NCBI RefSeq assembly: GCF_011745625.1
Contig: NW_027191486.1
Span: forward strand, 1-64,000
Direction: 5' to 3'
DNA length: 64,000 bases
Source: Cladosporium halotolerans
Taxonomy: Eukaryota
Position 1 is the first letter of the stretch. The number at the start of each line of letters is the position of its first letter. The notes under the pieces are model-generated. The model did not search any database, was not told the DNA's origin, and worked only from the letters and a program-made list of their open reading frames with translations. This document shows positions 10,798-23,316 of this stretch, piece by piece. The position numbers and the translations under genes are program-made.

Positions 10798-11219
10798 GGG
10801 GATGTCTTTTGTTTTATTTTTCCATTGTTTGAGGGGCTGGGTAATGGTGTTTGGACTTATTAGCATGGCGTGGTTTTGGAAGTCGATTGCATGGCCGGAA
10901 GTTTTGGTTCAACTTTCAATGGATTGACAAGGTAAGCGTGTTGTGCTGTTATACATGTTTGTGGTCTTTGAGATATGTAAAGCTCGAAATGAATCCGTCC
11001 GTCCTTGAACCAGTCACTTCATGCGATTTCAGCTAAGAGGAAGTCAATAGAATGGCAGCCTACCTGCCTCTTCCGTAATCTTCTTATTCCTTTATAGGTC
11101 CGATTTTAGCTATGTACACGTGAGTCTCTGCACGAAAACGCGCCTGCACATTGGCGTCAAGACCCCAAGCCTTCAGCGTCAGTTCAGAGGATTGAGTTTT
11201 TCCATTATTACACCCACCC

Positions 11220-12257
11220 CTACGCCTCCTTATCGCTCCCCGAATCATCATCCTCCCCCTCGACCTTCACCCTATGCCCTCGAACCCCCCTCTCGACCTC
11301 CTGCACCAAACTCTCCATAAACTCCTGATCCCTCCCCACCAGCGTAACAGTATTCCTACTCTTGCCCCACCTAGGATAACTCCCCACCTTGACGCCCCTC
11401 GGCTCCGTCTTGGCCGACAACTCCGTCAAAAACCCCGCGACCTCGCTCTCAGCCATAGGCGTGCTGAACAGGATCCTGTGAACTCCCTTGCCCTCCGGGT
11501 CCGTCAGCCGCGGCAGCAAGCGGGGCTTCAGGCCCGTGAGCATCTTCTCGAAGAGGCGCGGGATGCCGGGCAGGATGTGGATGTTGCCGTTGACGACGCT
11601 GACGGGGACCCAGAGGTCGTCGGCGACGAAGACGACCTGGTCGGCGTCCGGGAGGGCGGAGTCGTAGGGCAGCTGGACCATGCGCAGCTTGGCGGTCTTC
11701 GCGGGGGAGTCGACGTTCCAGTCGAAATTGGGGTTGGAGGGGTGGGGTTTGCTGAGGGCCTTCATTTTCTCGTAGGAGGCGTCGTGCAGGACGAGGGGCA
11801 GGTTGAAGGCGCGCGCGATGCTCTGGTAGGTGATGTCGTCGTGGGTGGGGCCGATGCCGCCGGAGGTGACGACGAAGTCGTAGTTGGAGGACATGCGGCG
11901 GGCGGCCTCGACGATTTCGCCTTCGTCGTCGGAGATGACTTCGACGCGCTTGAGGTTGATGCCGAGCGAGAAGGAGTATTTGGCGAACCAGGCGGAGTTG
12001 GTGTCGACGGTCTAGGGCTGGGGTTTCAGCTTTCAGCGTTCGGGTGCGCTTTGAAGGTGTTGTACAAGGGTGATTTGGCTTACCTTGCCGCCGAGCACCT
12101 CGTCGCCAATGATCAGACAGGCTGCGGTGTTCATCATTCTCTTGCTCCGCTCTTGCGCCATTGTTGCTGCAGCCGGGCCTGCGAAGGCCGAATTGTGGAG
12201 GTAGTTGGGAAGGGGGCGCGTGAGGTGTCTGGCCACTTGGTTCAGTCGCGAAAACAT
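11220..12257 (-). CDS. Molybdopterin-binding (MoCF_biosynth/CinA-like) protein, FPY1/YMR178W-like; intron 12012-12083
   Basis: IIGDEVLGGK|TVDTNS across the intron, with TSGGIGPTHDDIT, LPGIP and KVGSYP motifs. Confidence 0.9.
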
Positions 12258-12557
12258 AAGGCGTTTCGGTTTGAGGCGTTCAGGCGGATAGGTGCAGGAG
12301 TGCAAGGGTTCAGAGCAGACGCCGACGTCGAAGAGCTCCCAGGAACAGAGTCGATGAGGCAATGGCTTGACGCAACGCGGGGTCTGCCCTGGCCCGTGAA
12401 CCGCTCGAGCAGTGCAGTCCGACCCCACGTCACACCATCCAAGCAGTGAGAGAGCAGCAGCCGCAAAGCCAACCGGTATTTTGATAATCTTCCCGACCGA
12501 GCAATACAACCCTCCACCTTAGCAACCACAGTCGCCCTACAGGCTACAGTCGCCAAA

Positions 12558-12782
12558 ATGGTCAGAACATCCTCCCAACTCAAAACCAACCACAGCTAAC
12601 ACTCAACCCCAGGCCTCCGAATCCCGCCTCTACACCTTCTCGCCCGAAACCAAAGACGCCCTGCGCAAATTCCGGCTGAGCACCTCGCGCGCGAAAGACC
12701 CGCAAGCCGTAATCTGTACGTCCCCGCCAGTCCCTGTCCAGCTTCGAAAAGAAAAGACAGACAGACAGAAAGAAAGAAAGAA

Positions 12783-12843
<61 letters not shown>

Positions 12844-13241
12844 CGGGCCAAGACACGCGAAGCCGCGAAGCACCATAAGGTACAACCCCACCAGGCTGAC
12901 CACGCGCCACGGCCACAGACGAAATATCCAAAGACCTCGAGATCCGGCCCTCGACGCCGCACGAAACCTACAGCAACATGGAAGACCTCTCCGACGCGCT
13001 GCCCGACAACAGCCCGCGGTTCATCCTGCTCTCGCACCCGCTCACGCTCGGCAGCGGCCGGCTGAGCGTGCCCTACGTGATGCTGAACTACCTGCCCGCG
13101 ACGTGCAGCCAGTCAGCGCGGATGCTGTACGCGGGGGCGAAGGAGCTGATGCGGAGCCAGAGCGAGGTGGGGCGGGTGGTGGAGATTGAGGATGCGGAGG
13201 AGGTGGTGGGGATCGAGGGGGTGTTGCAGGGGGAGGATTGA
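12558..13241 (+). CDS. AIM7: Glia maturation factor (ADF-H family); introns 12561-12612 and 12716-12918
   Basis: Spliced M|ASESRLYTFSPETKDALRKFRL..AVI|YEI..LPDNSPRFILLSHP..RMLYAGAKE. Confidence 0.9.
12757..12840. repeat. Compound microsatellite (CAGA)/(AAAG)/(GA)~27 inside a GMF intron
   Basis: Read directly from the sequence. Confidence 0.95.
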
Positions 13242-14071
13242 TCTTGCGGAGTTTTTGTTCTTGTGGGTAGGGGAGGGGGGAGGGGTGTGAATGGGCGTGG
13301 AGAGGTGAGAAGGAGGTGAGACGACACGGCATGGCACGGCATGGCACGGCACGGCACGGACGCACTGGACGATTTGGACGAGGAAAGAGACGGCAAGTGA
13401 AGTCAGAGGAACAGATGAGAATACTAAGGTCCACGAAGACAATCGGGGGAGGAAGAAGAAGAAGTAGAACACAAACAAGGAAGCACCTCTCTTTGAATCA
13501 ACGCCGTCCGCCCCTATCATGAACTAAAACAGCTTGTGCTTCTAAACGACGTGAGACTCAGACGAAGAGAAGGAGAAGAAGTGGAAGGAGAAGAAAGGTA
13601 GAGAGAGGGATTGGAGAAAAAAAGGAATAAGAGAAATAAAAAGAAGTTTGCAAGAAAGCGAGGCTTGCCACGCCCGTTGCTCTCTCGAGAGAACCAATGC
13701 CACAGTAGTAAAAAGTGAAAAAAAAAGAAAAAGGATATAATGCGATAAAGTCCCGGTCCCAGTGGCCCTCTTTTGTTCTCGTGTCGAGAGGTCCCTTTCC
13801 CTTCCTTACTTCCTTCCTTCCGTCCATCACCTTGCTTCCCTGTGCCCTCTTTTTATTTTTTGCTTGCGGAGACCGAGGAGCTCGCGTGTCTCCCGCTCCT
13901 TCCTCTCGAGTAATGAGAAGAACGTTTACGTCGCGCGTGATTAATAAAAGGCGCGAATGATACCCAATGCAATCCGGTACTTGAGTCGCCTTGCAGTCGT
14001 CAATTGCCGCAAGTCGTGGGTACTGGATCCTCAACCTTCTCTCTTCCGATCGGCGATGGTGGACGCCCGTC

Positions 14072-15023
14072 TTACATGACCACGCACTTGCAGCAGCCAC
14101 CGTCCTGCTCGCCGTCCATGTCCAGGTTCTCCTTAGGCTTCTGACCGGAACCGCTGCCGCCGGGGTAGGATGACATGTCCTTGTTGTATTTCCGGATCTC
14201 ACGGACAATGTCGAAGAAGGCGTTGTCGACGTTGGTGCGGGTCCTGGCGGAGGTCTCGATGAACTTGCAACCGAATGAATGCGCGAGCGCGGCGCCCTCT
14301 GTTGATGATAATGTTAGCGGGGTTCCGGTGGCGAGCGCGACAAGATGCGCGACAGCACACGGCTAGCTAGCGCGACGGCATGCGCGTGGCTCGCACGTGG
14401 ATGACCGTTTCAAGGAGTGTTTCGAGACGAACCTTCTGTGCTCACTTGTCGCTCCGACTCCAGATCGCATTTGTTGCCGACGACGATGATGGGGAAGTAG
14501 TCCTTGTCCTTGACGCGCAGGATCTGGTTCTGGAATGTTTGGATCTCCTCGAAGCTTTGTCGCGACGTTATGCTGTAGACGAGCAGGAAGCCTTCACCGG
14601 TCCGCATGTATTGCTCGCGCATGGCAGAGTACTCCTCCTGACCGGCGGTGTCGAGCACGTCGAGCAGCGCGACCTCCTCGTCGATCACGCATTGCTTCCT
14701 GTATGAGTCTGGCGGGAAAGGAGTGTCAGCGGTGTGTTTTGCGGCGGGCGGGGCCGGCGGGGGTGTTGCGCACCTTCAATGGTCGGGTCGTACTCGTCTA
14801 CGAAGTGGCTCTGGATGAGCTGGATGGTCAAACAACTCTTTCCGACACCACCGCCGCCGACGACGACGAGCTTGTATTCCCGGAGGAACTGCAGAAGGGA
14901 CGGTCAGCCAATTGGCGCGGGAGCGAGGGGAGGGAGGTCGCGGGCGCCCGCGGTCGCACAGGGCGGCGTGGCGAAGGCGTTTGACAGGCGGCGGGCGGCG
15001 GGGATGCATACTTTTGACGCCAT
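14072..15023 (-). CDS. RAS1: Ras GTPase; introns 14889-15011, 14709-14773 and 14299-14432
   Basis: [48 protein letters not shown]-terminal CCKCVVM CAAX box. Confidence 0.97.
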
Positions 15024-15630
15024 TGCGAAGGATTGGAGGGTGCGACGAAGGGCGAGGGGAGAGGGCGAGCGTGGGAGCTGGACGGCACGGGCAGCTCAGA
15101 GTCGGGGAGTTGGATAAGGTAGAGCGCGTGGAGCCAACGATGTAAGGGATGCGGCAGCAGCAAGGCGTGAGGGCGCGACGGGGTGCGACGGCGGACGGAG
15201 GGAGGCGGCGGGCGTGCGACCGGGGAGGGGCGGGCGGGAGCAGGTGGTGGTGGTGGAGGTGGTAGTGGTGGTGGTGATGCCGAGCGAGGGTGCGGGCGGA
15301 GGCTGCTGCGGTGCGGCGGCGCGGTGGTGATGCGGTGGTGCAGTCGTGCAGTCTTGCGGTGCTCGTTGCTTGGGTGCAGGACGGCGCGGGTTCTGGATCT
15401 GAGGAGAGAGGGAGGGCGGGTAAAGTGCCCGGAGCGGCGCCGGCGCTGGTTGGCTGGTTGGCTGGCTGGCGGTTGGCTGCACAAGCGACCGATCTCCGCT
15501 GCTCTTAACGTCTTCGGCGCGCGAAGTGGAGAGGGCGAGGCTGGCGGCGGGTGCGTGCTTTGGCGTGGGTGTGCCTGTGCCTGTGCAGTGTGTATGCGAA
15601 GATGCGTGCGCGAACGGGCGGCGGATGTTC

Positions 15631-15780
15631 GATTGATTGATTGATTGATGGATGGATGGATGATTGACTGATCGATCGGTTGATGGGAAGCGTGGTGTTT
15701 TGGCGAGGACCACATGGAGAGACTGAGGTGCAGTAGGGGCGCGAGAGGGATCAATCACAAACACACACACGCACACACAC
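15631..15780. repeat. Microsatellite cluster (GATT)n, (GATG)n and (CA)n upstream of RAS1
   Basis: Read directly from the sequence. Confidence 0.85.
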
Positions 15781-15999
15781 GCTCGCAGCAACGAACCGGC
15801 GCAATCACGTGGGCGGGCTGCAGCGAGTGATGAGGTTGGGCGCTAACGGTGCTGTCCACTCGAGCCACTACCACCCACTATCCGCTACTGTACCTTACCT
15901 ACTATCCACCGTGGCCGGGGCAGGCGTCTTTGGAGAACTCGCGACAGGGCGGCGTGGGCGGCAGCAGGGCGTGCAAGCCTCGCAGGGTGGCAGCCCTCG

Positions 16000-16159
16000 C
16001 AGCGCCCGTCCGTGTGTCCGTCTGCAGCCTGTACAGCGCCCGTCCGTGTGTTCGTCTGCAGCCAGCCTGTCCAGCGCCTGTCTGTGTCTCTGTCTGCCGT
16101 GTCTGCAGCCAGCCTGTCCAGCGCCTGTCCGTGTCTCCGTCTGCAGCCTGTCCAGCGCC
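16000..16159. repeat. Minisatellite, about four degenerate units of 34-47 bp
   Basis: Recurring cagcgcc(c/t)gtccgtgt..gtctgcagcc(agcc)tgt(a/c). Confidence 0.8.
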
Positions 16160-18749
16160 GCCGCGCCGGGGCCCTCGTCCGTTGTGGAGTGGGCATCAAA
16201 GGATGCCCGGCCGCTAGAAGGCGCACAGAAGACGGATGCGAGGCGCCCTGGCCCCCTACCACGCCTTCGCCGTGCCAGCCCACGCTCCATGAGCCTCCAT
16301 CTCCCGTAGCCCGCTCGCTCCCAGGCTCCCAGCACGCGCAATCAAACGACCTGCTGTCGCCATCATCTCCCGTGCTTCTCCCGCCCAAGTCCACGCCCCC
16401 TCCCATCTGCCGGCGAGTCACGCAAACAACCTAAGCTTGCATCGCGCCCGGTCAGGAGAGCGTGGCGCGAGGGGCAGGCAGGCACATACGCGAAGTGAAG
16501 CTCTCCCTCCCTGCCAGCCCTGCTCCCACTCGCCAGCCCTCTACGCAATCACCGTCCCCAAATGTCACCTCTCGCCTCACGGTCCTCACCTCACCTCACC
16601 ACTACTACTCCCCAGCAGGAAACAATTGCGCCCTGCACGCCCGCCCACGCGCCGATCGGCCACGCGCGCGCTGACCACCGCCTCGGTACGGCAGGCCCAT
16701 CCGCGCCTCGCCTCGCCGATCCCACCGTGACATCTGCTGTCTTGCCCTCCAAGTGTCTCGTCGCCTCATCAAGCCTCGCTCGTCGCACGTTGAACCACTA
16801 CCGGGCGCGCCCACCTCAGCCACGGCCCATTTTCTCGAAACGTCCCCGGTGGCCCATCCTCACGCACGACCGTTGCACCCATCTAAAATAAAAACAAAAT
16901 TACACCCCAATCACCCAGCGCCAGCCCAGCAACCTGCAAATTGCGGAGCGCAGCCTACCCATCGCGCGAGTCAGCGGGCCCCAGCCATGCGCGCGCAACG
17001 GCCGCCCGGTCCCACCCTCTCTCTCTCGCAAGAAGCCCCTGGACGGCCGCGCGAAAACGGGGGCCCTCGCTTTGACACCTGAAGACCGAACCGTGGCTCG
17101 CGCGGTCTGCCCTACGCGCGCACGCGCGAGCGACTACTCCTGCACGCCGCATATCGACATCTTCTTCCCGTTCGAGCGGGAGGACTACTGTAAGGTAGAA
17201 ATCGGAGGCCAAGGATCGGGTGATCGCACGGCACGCGTTCTCCGTTGCGGTCGTCTCGCGGTTCGCCGTTCGTTCGTTTCTGCGCGGGCAGCCGGCCAGC
17301 CCTACATTTATGTACGCGGCGTCGCGGGTTGAGCTCGACGCTATCTGCTCTGATGAATTATGCTTTGGGGCCCTGAGGCCAGCCAGCCGTGCCGATATGA
17401 GCCTCGGGCAAGGCACGCAAGCGGCAGGAGCGTCGTTCGCGAAGTGCAGGTCACATGACCGGGCCGCCATGCGAGGTCGGCTCCTACTCCGAGCTTGTCG
17501 CTGCAGGTGTGAGCTGTGCCGCTCGCTCGCTGCTGACCCCTCGCGAAGCTGGAGCTGGGCTGGAGCTCAGCGGAGCTGGCTGACGCTCGCGTATCGGATC
17601 GCGTCGCGCGCTTCTTTTCTATCCGACGTGCATGAGCGCGCGCCCCAGCCGGCTCGATAGTTGGCTGTGGTACGTATGTACGTACATGTACATACGGGAT
17701 CTAGCGATCTCGGCTCGCCAGGAACAATGCTGATGCGGCTGTGTCGCTCGTGCAGGAAGGATTCGGAAGGCTTCCGAGGTTCACTTGTATGAATGGGCGG
17801 AATGATGTATAAACCACGGCGGACGTGATGATACAGTATTTGCCTTGTCACGAAGTGCTCGCATTCTCCCATCTCGCGATAACGGCCCAGGACGCACCTA
17901 TACTGAGGAAAAACCCGTGCTCCACCCGCCAATACCAGATGCACCCCGTCCCACCCTCAAGCCACCCAACCCCAGAACCATGACAGGCACGCCAACGAGA
18001 ACATAGCTCCTCAAAACTAATGCATACTCCACCTTCCATTCCACACCCACCTCCCACACCAGCTCCACCTCCCCACCAATCCACCCGTTCACGCACCCCA
18101 AACCGCAGCAGTATTAAAGCAGCCGCCTGCCGCCACGAAGTATGCTCTCTCGCCCCGGCGGGCCGGGGAGGCATAAACGCAACTGGTGGTGTCTCGTGGA
18201 CCAACCTGTTGGCTCCGGGCGTGACTTATCCGGTTTCTGCTTTTTTTTTTCTCCTGCCGTGCTGACGTACATATGCATGCAAGCGCAACGCGGGTGGGAG
18301 AGCGGTAGCGAGGCGGGTGGATGCACGTCAACAGCTAAGTATGGAAACGGCCCTTCGGCTCGGGTGGAAAGGATGGATGGGTTGTAGGGTAGGATGGTTG
18401 GTTGGTTGGTTGGTTGGGCTTGAGGACGGAAGAACGAGGGTGTGTGTACGGTTAGAATCGATAGTGTGACATTGTCCATCATGCCGTGAATTTTTCCAAT
18501 CGCGGCGTTCGCCGTTTTCGGGCGATGCTAGGCATGCAAAACATTGTTGATAATGAGAGAGAAAAGCCTCCAAAATCGGCTGTCGTTCCTCGCGGACAAT
18601 CTAGATAGCTCGTGAGAAGTGTAACTCGATCTCCAAAAAAAAAACAAAAAAAAAGTTCATAACTTCATAAAATCATCAACGCATCAAGACATCCAACCCA
18701 TCCAACGCCCCAAACCCCCAGCCTAGCCCACCCCACTTCCTCCCACCAC

Positions 18750-20463
18750 CTAAGCAGCACCCACCGCCCTCCCCTCCCCACTCAACAAATCCCTATCCAT
18801 CAGCATAAAACTATCCGACCGCCTACTCTCCACGCCCTCCTTGATACTCTTCCCCTCGACCTGACCCTGCGGCATGCCCAGATTGCTCGCGATCTCGGCG
18901 CCCGCCAGCCGGCCGAAAGTCATGCTGCGCAGGCACGAGGTCGCGGGCGGGTACTCGTTGTAGAAAAGGCCGGTCATTTCGCCGGCGGCCCAGAGGCCTG
19001 GGATGGGCACGTCGTTGGTGCTGAGGACGCGGGCGTGGAGGTCGGTTTTGACGCCGCCGTAGCTGGTGATGGTCAGTGGACTGGTTAGGAGGGGCGAAAG
19101 GGAAGGAGGGATGGGGATTGGGGGGCTTACGTGAAGGTCAGGTTGGACGTCATCGGGTAGCCGTAGAAGGGGGCTTTTTCGATCTTGGAGGCCCAGTTGG
19201 TCTTGTTGACTTTCAGCCCGGTGGTGGCTTTGCCGTCGAGTTTCATCAGGTCGAACTCCTTGTCGTTGACGGCGGCGTTGTACTCGTCGACGGTCTTCTT
19301 GAGCAGCTTGGGGTCGAGGTGCATTTTGTCAGCCAATTCCTCGATGGTATCGGCTTTCTCCGGCGGCTGGTCAGTCGTGTCGTAGACCCAGGAGCCCTTG
19401 AACTTCTGCATGATGTCGTCGTCGGTGACGAAGAAGCACGACATGTTCTGGTCGCGCCAGCATTCCAGCGCGATCATCTCGAAGGTCGCGAAGAGGTGGC
19501 GTTTGCCTTCGTCGTAGAAGCGCTCGCAATCTTTGTTGACGACGATGCCGTAGTTGTGGCCCCAGATGACGGCGTCGGGTTTGGTGGCGCGGGTATCGAC
19601 CAGCTCGCAATGCATGCCGTCGAAGGACCCTGCGGTGCCGGCGCCGACTTCGAGGCACATGCGTAGACCTGCGCCCCTGTTGTATTTCAGGCCGGGAGCA
19701 ATGAGGGGAAGCTTATGAGAGTCGCGGCCGATGTATCTTGCTAGCATCTCTTGGTTGCCTAGTATCGGCAATGTCAGAACCAGCAAAAGCAATGAATTTG
19801 TCTGATAGCGTACCTTCGAAGCCACCGCAAGCCAATACGACGTTCGGAGCAAGCAAGTCATGCAGGAGACCGTCGGTCTTGCGAACCTTCAGACCTTTGA
19901 TCGCGCCGGACTCTTCGGTCAGCAATCTAATAGCTTCGGTCTCATAGTGGATATCACAATTCTTATAGCCACGGATGTGCTCGAACAGCTTCGCGATGAT
20001 TGCCTTTCCGCCGCCCTCGGGGAAGACAAAGTGCTGTGCAGTCTTGAATTCCAGAAGAACATTTGGCTCATCGTGGTGGACCCATTTTACACCACGCTCC
20101 TGAAGGTACTTTGCAGAGATGGGCGCTTCTCTCTCAAGCTTGTGGCAGTACTCCTCATCAGCCATGCCGTTGCTGACGAGTCGCATCTCCTTGACCCAGT
20201 CCGAGTCGAAGTTCAAGTCCTTGTCGAGGCGGAGGTACGCCTTTTGTGACTGTTAACACTGTCCTCGAAGGGCTCAGAATGATCGGACGTACCATCGTCC
20301 ACTTGCTAGCGCCCGACCTCTCTCCTTCCTTGCCGACTTCCACGAGCGCCACTTTACCTGGCTTGTTGTTCTTGGCACATTCCTCCAGGAAGCTCAGCGT
20401 AGCCATACAGCCCGCGAAGCCGCTACCAACGACGACAAGATCATAGTCCGAACTAGAAGCCAT
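18750..20463 (-). CDS. FAD-dependent oxidoreductase (FAD_binding_2), TcuA/CobZ-like; 3 introns
   Basis: VVVGSGFAG, LACGGFEG|N, TFT|YGGV, PGLWAAGE..FY..YP..FGRLAG. Exons splice in frame. Confidence 0.85.
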
Positions 20464-21680
20464 GTTGTCAATGAGCTTGAATGATATTTGCCGGAAATAT
20501 CAGCCACCCTGAAACCGAGTACCAGGAACCGATGATACCAATACGCGTCTCTCAGGCTCTTAATATACCTTGTCCTTGCTCCACCTCAATCGAGCTCCTG
20601 ATGTCCGAGGAGCTCGCATGCGGGGTTTGGGTCGATCATGGACTGTTCCTGAGATTCAGGGTGTCTCGCCACTCCTTTGGCAGATCTTTCTGACAGTCCT
20701 AAAGCTGCTCATCGATGTCTTCTGGACCGGAATATGCTTTGAGGAAGTTGCGGGGTAAGTTCACTATAGCACTATAGGTAGCTTCTCCAGAAGCGAAGCT
20801 GAGCTCCAATGTATAATTCCCGATGGTGCACAATTGCTGGACCGTGATGGCATGCCCTTTGCAGCCTTGCAGGTTGGGAACATTGCTTTATGGGATCCTT
20901 TGAGCGATTCGAGACGCAATGGTGGGGTCATTTTCTTACAAGAATGCATCAAGCACTACAGTTGGAAAATAAGCTATGGGAGCCCCTGGAGAGTCCCTCT
21001 GCACCGGACGTTCCGGAAATAGCTCAAACGTGTAGCCATCCTCTCGTGACGAAGGATCAGATGATTTAGGGTCCCCGGGTATAACGCACGGCTAGAAGCA
21101 AAGTGGGACAGGTAGAAGACCGGTGCCTGTCGAACTGCCACTAACCTCAAGGCGAGGAAACCCACACTCCTCGACTTGACGTGGTTTCCCACCAGATCAT
21201 AGCGCTGGGCTTGTCCATGATTAGCTTATTATGACCTAGGTAGCATTATTATTAGTCGTGCGTACCAACAATTAGTGTTGTTCGGCTTGAGCAGCCGCGG
21301 TGTGATGGAGCACGGGTCGGCCCGCCAGCCGATTATAGCGAGTGCATCATCGCGAACTTTGTCGCATTGCGCGAGCCATCAGATTGGCCGTTTCGACGTC
21401 AACCACCAGCCCAGACCAACTGCAACGACTACCGCACCCTTTTTTCACGCCTTGCATACCCCAAGGAAAGCAGTATTACGCCACCCAAGCAGATAGCCGA
21501 TTACCGCGCGCCACAACAGGCCACGCCGAAGCCCACTATCGAATCGCCGCAGCCTCACGCGCAATCTCGAAGGGGGAAGAGTCAACCGGAGAACTGTTCA
21601 AGAAAAAGCGCGGGAAGGATATCGCGGGGTGACAAGAAGCCGGAACTTACCCAGAAGCGCCGCTAGGCGCGGCCCTGAAG

Positions 21681-23118
21681 ATGAGTGACTTGGACAAGTA
21701 TGGACACGCGACCAGATACGCGATACGGCTGGTGTTCTGACTAGGCGCAGGCATATTGAGCAGCTACGAGCATGTCGTCCGATACCAGAGGCCCAAGTGC
21801 GCGAAGTATGCTACAAGGCGCGAGAATTGCTTATCGAAGAGGGTAATGTGGTGGGCGTGGATGCGCCGGTGACGGTATGTTTGCTACACGGCATCTGTCT
21901 GGATTGTCGCTGACCTGGTCTGGTGGTAGATATGTGGTGACATTCACGGGCAATTTCATGACCTGATGGAGTTGTTTCGCGTGGGCGGAGATGTGCCCGA
22001 CACCAACTATCTTTTCATGGGTACGCTTTCGCGAATACCACAAGGCAGAGCTGCGCTGACTTGTCGCAGGCGACTTTGTCGACCGCGGATTCTACTCGCT
22101 AGAGTCTTTCCTTCTACTTCTTTGCCTCAAAGTTCGATACCCTGACCGCATTACCCTTATTCGGGGAAATCACGAATCACGACAGATAACGACAGTCTAC
22201 GGTTTCTACGACGAGTGTTTGCGCAAATACGGCAGCGCCAACGTATGGAGATATTGCTGCGAAGTCTTCGACTACCTGGCGCTCGGCGCTCTCGTCTCCG
22301 GCGCAGCCACTGATCTCGAACCCACCGACTCCTCATTTGCTGCCGAGCCCTCGCAAACACAGAATTCGATGTCCGAAGACCAGGCCGAATGGGAGATCGA
22401 AGTTCTCAATTCCACCGGCCAGGTCATGAACCGATACCCGCGCGTGCGAACACAGAACGAATTCTCACAACTATCAAACCCACCGTCTTCTCCCGGCCAA
22501 TCCCCCTCACGCTCCGGACCACCGGGCTCCGGCGCGTCAAGTTCAGCGAAAGGCTCGAGTGGCAACTCGGGGGGAGCGGTCTTGTGTGTCCACGGCGGTC
22601 TTTCGCCTTTAATCGATAGCATCGACAAAATCCGGCTTCTCGACCGCAAACAAGAAGTGCCACACGAAGGCGCCATGTGCGATCTGCTGTGGTCGGATCC
22701 AGACGAAATCGACGGCTGGGGCCTCTCGCCCCGCGGCGCCGGTTTCCTCTTCGGCGCCGACATCGTCAAATGCTTCAACCACAAGAACGACCTCAGTCTC
22801 ATCTGCCGAGCACATCAGCTCGTCATGGAGGGCTTCAAGGAGATGTTCGACAGCTCCATCGTCACAGTATGGAGTGCTCCCAACTATTGCTACCGCTGCG
22901 GCAATGTGGCTGCTATTCTCGAGCTGGGCGAGGATGGCTCGAATGCAGGGTACAGCGCGCGTGGTAACGGCGATGCAAACCGCTCGCAGGGCGTGCTGCA
23001 GCCCAAGGATCAGGAGAGGGCATTAGGGCCTGGCAGGCGGTACAGAGTCTTCGAGGCGGCACCGCAGGACTCGAGAGGCATGCCTGCGAAGAAACCAGTG
23101 GCGGATTACTTCCTGTAG
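21681..23118 (+). CDS. PPH3: Protein phosphatase 4 catalytic subunit; three 5' introns
   Basis: GDIHGQ, GDFVDRG, RGNHE, HGGLSP and SAPNY motifs; PP4-type C-terminus KKPVADYFL. Confidence 0.93.
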
Positions 23119-23316
23119 ATTGCGGCGTGCAGGCTGAGTATATGTGCATACTCCTGGGAAGCTGATGTATGCATTATAGAGTAGTCATACCTTATTTGAA
23201 CAAACGCACCATGTCAAGCGCCAACCAAGAAATCTTAGAGAGACAGAATTGACCAAAGCTAAGACCCACGAAAGGAACCGACAAAGGAACTGTTACTTTT
23301 CTATCGATGTGATCTA

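Noticed and set aside
11274..12449. 391-aa plus-strand ORF
   Set aside because: Antisense shadow of a high-GC3 gene.
16000..16159. CRISPR-like array
   Set aside because: Eukaryotic context, no unique spacers and no cas genes.
14828..18573. Many overlapping Pro/Arg/Ala-rich ORFs
   Set aside because: Expected from high GC and repeats; no domain or consistent codon pattern.
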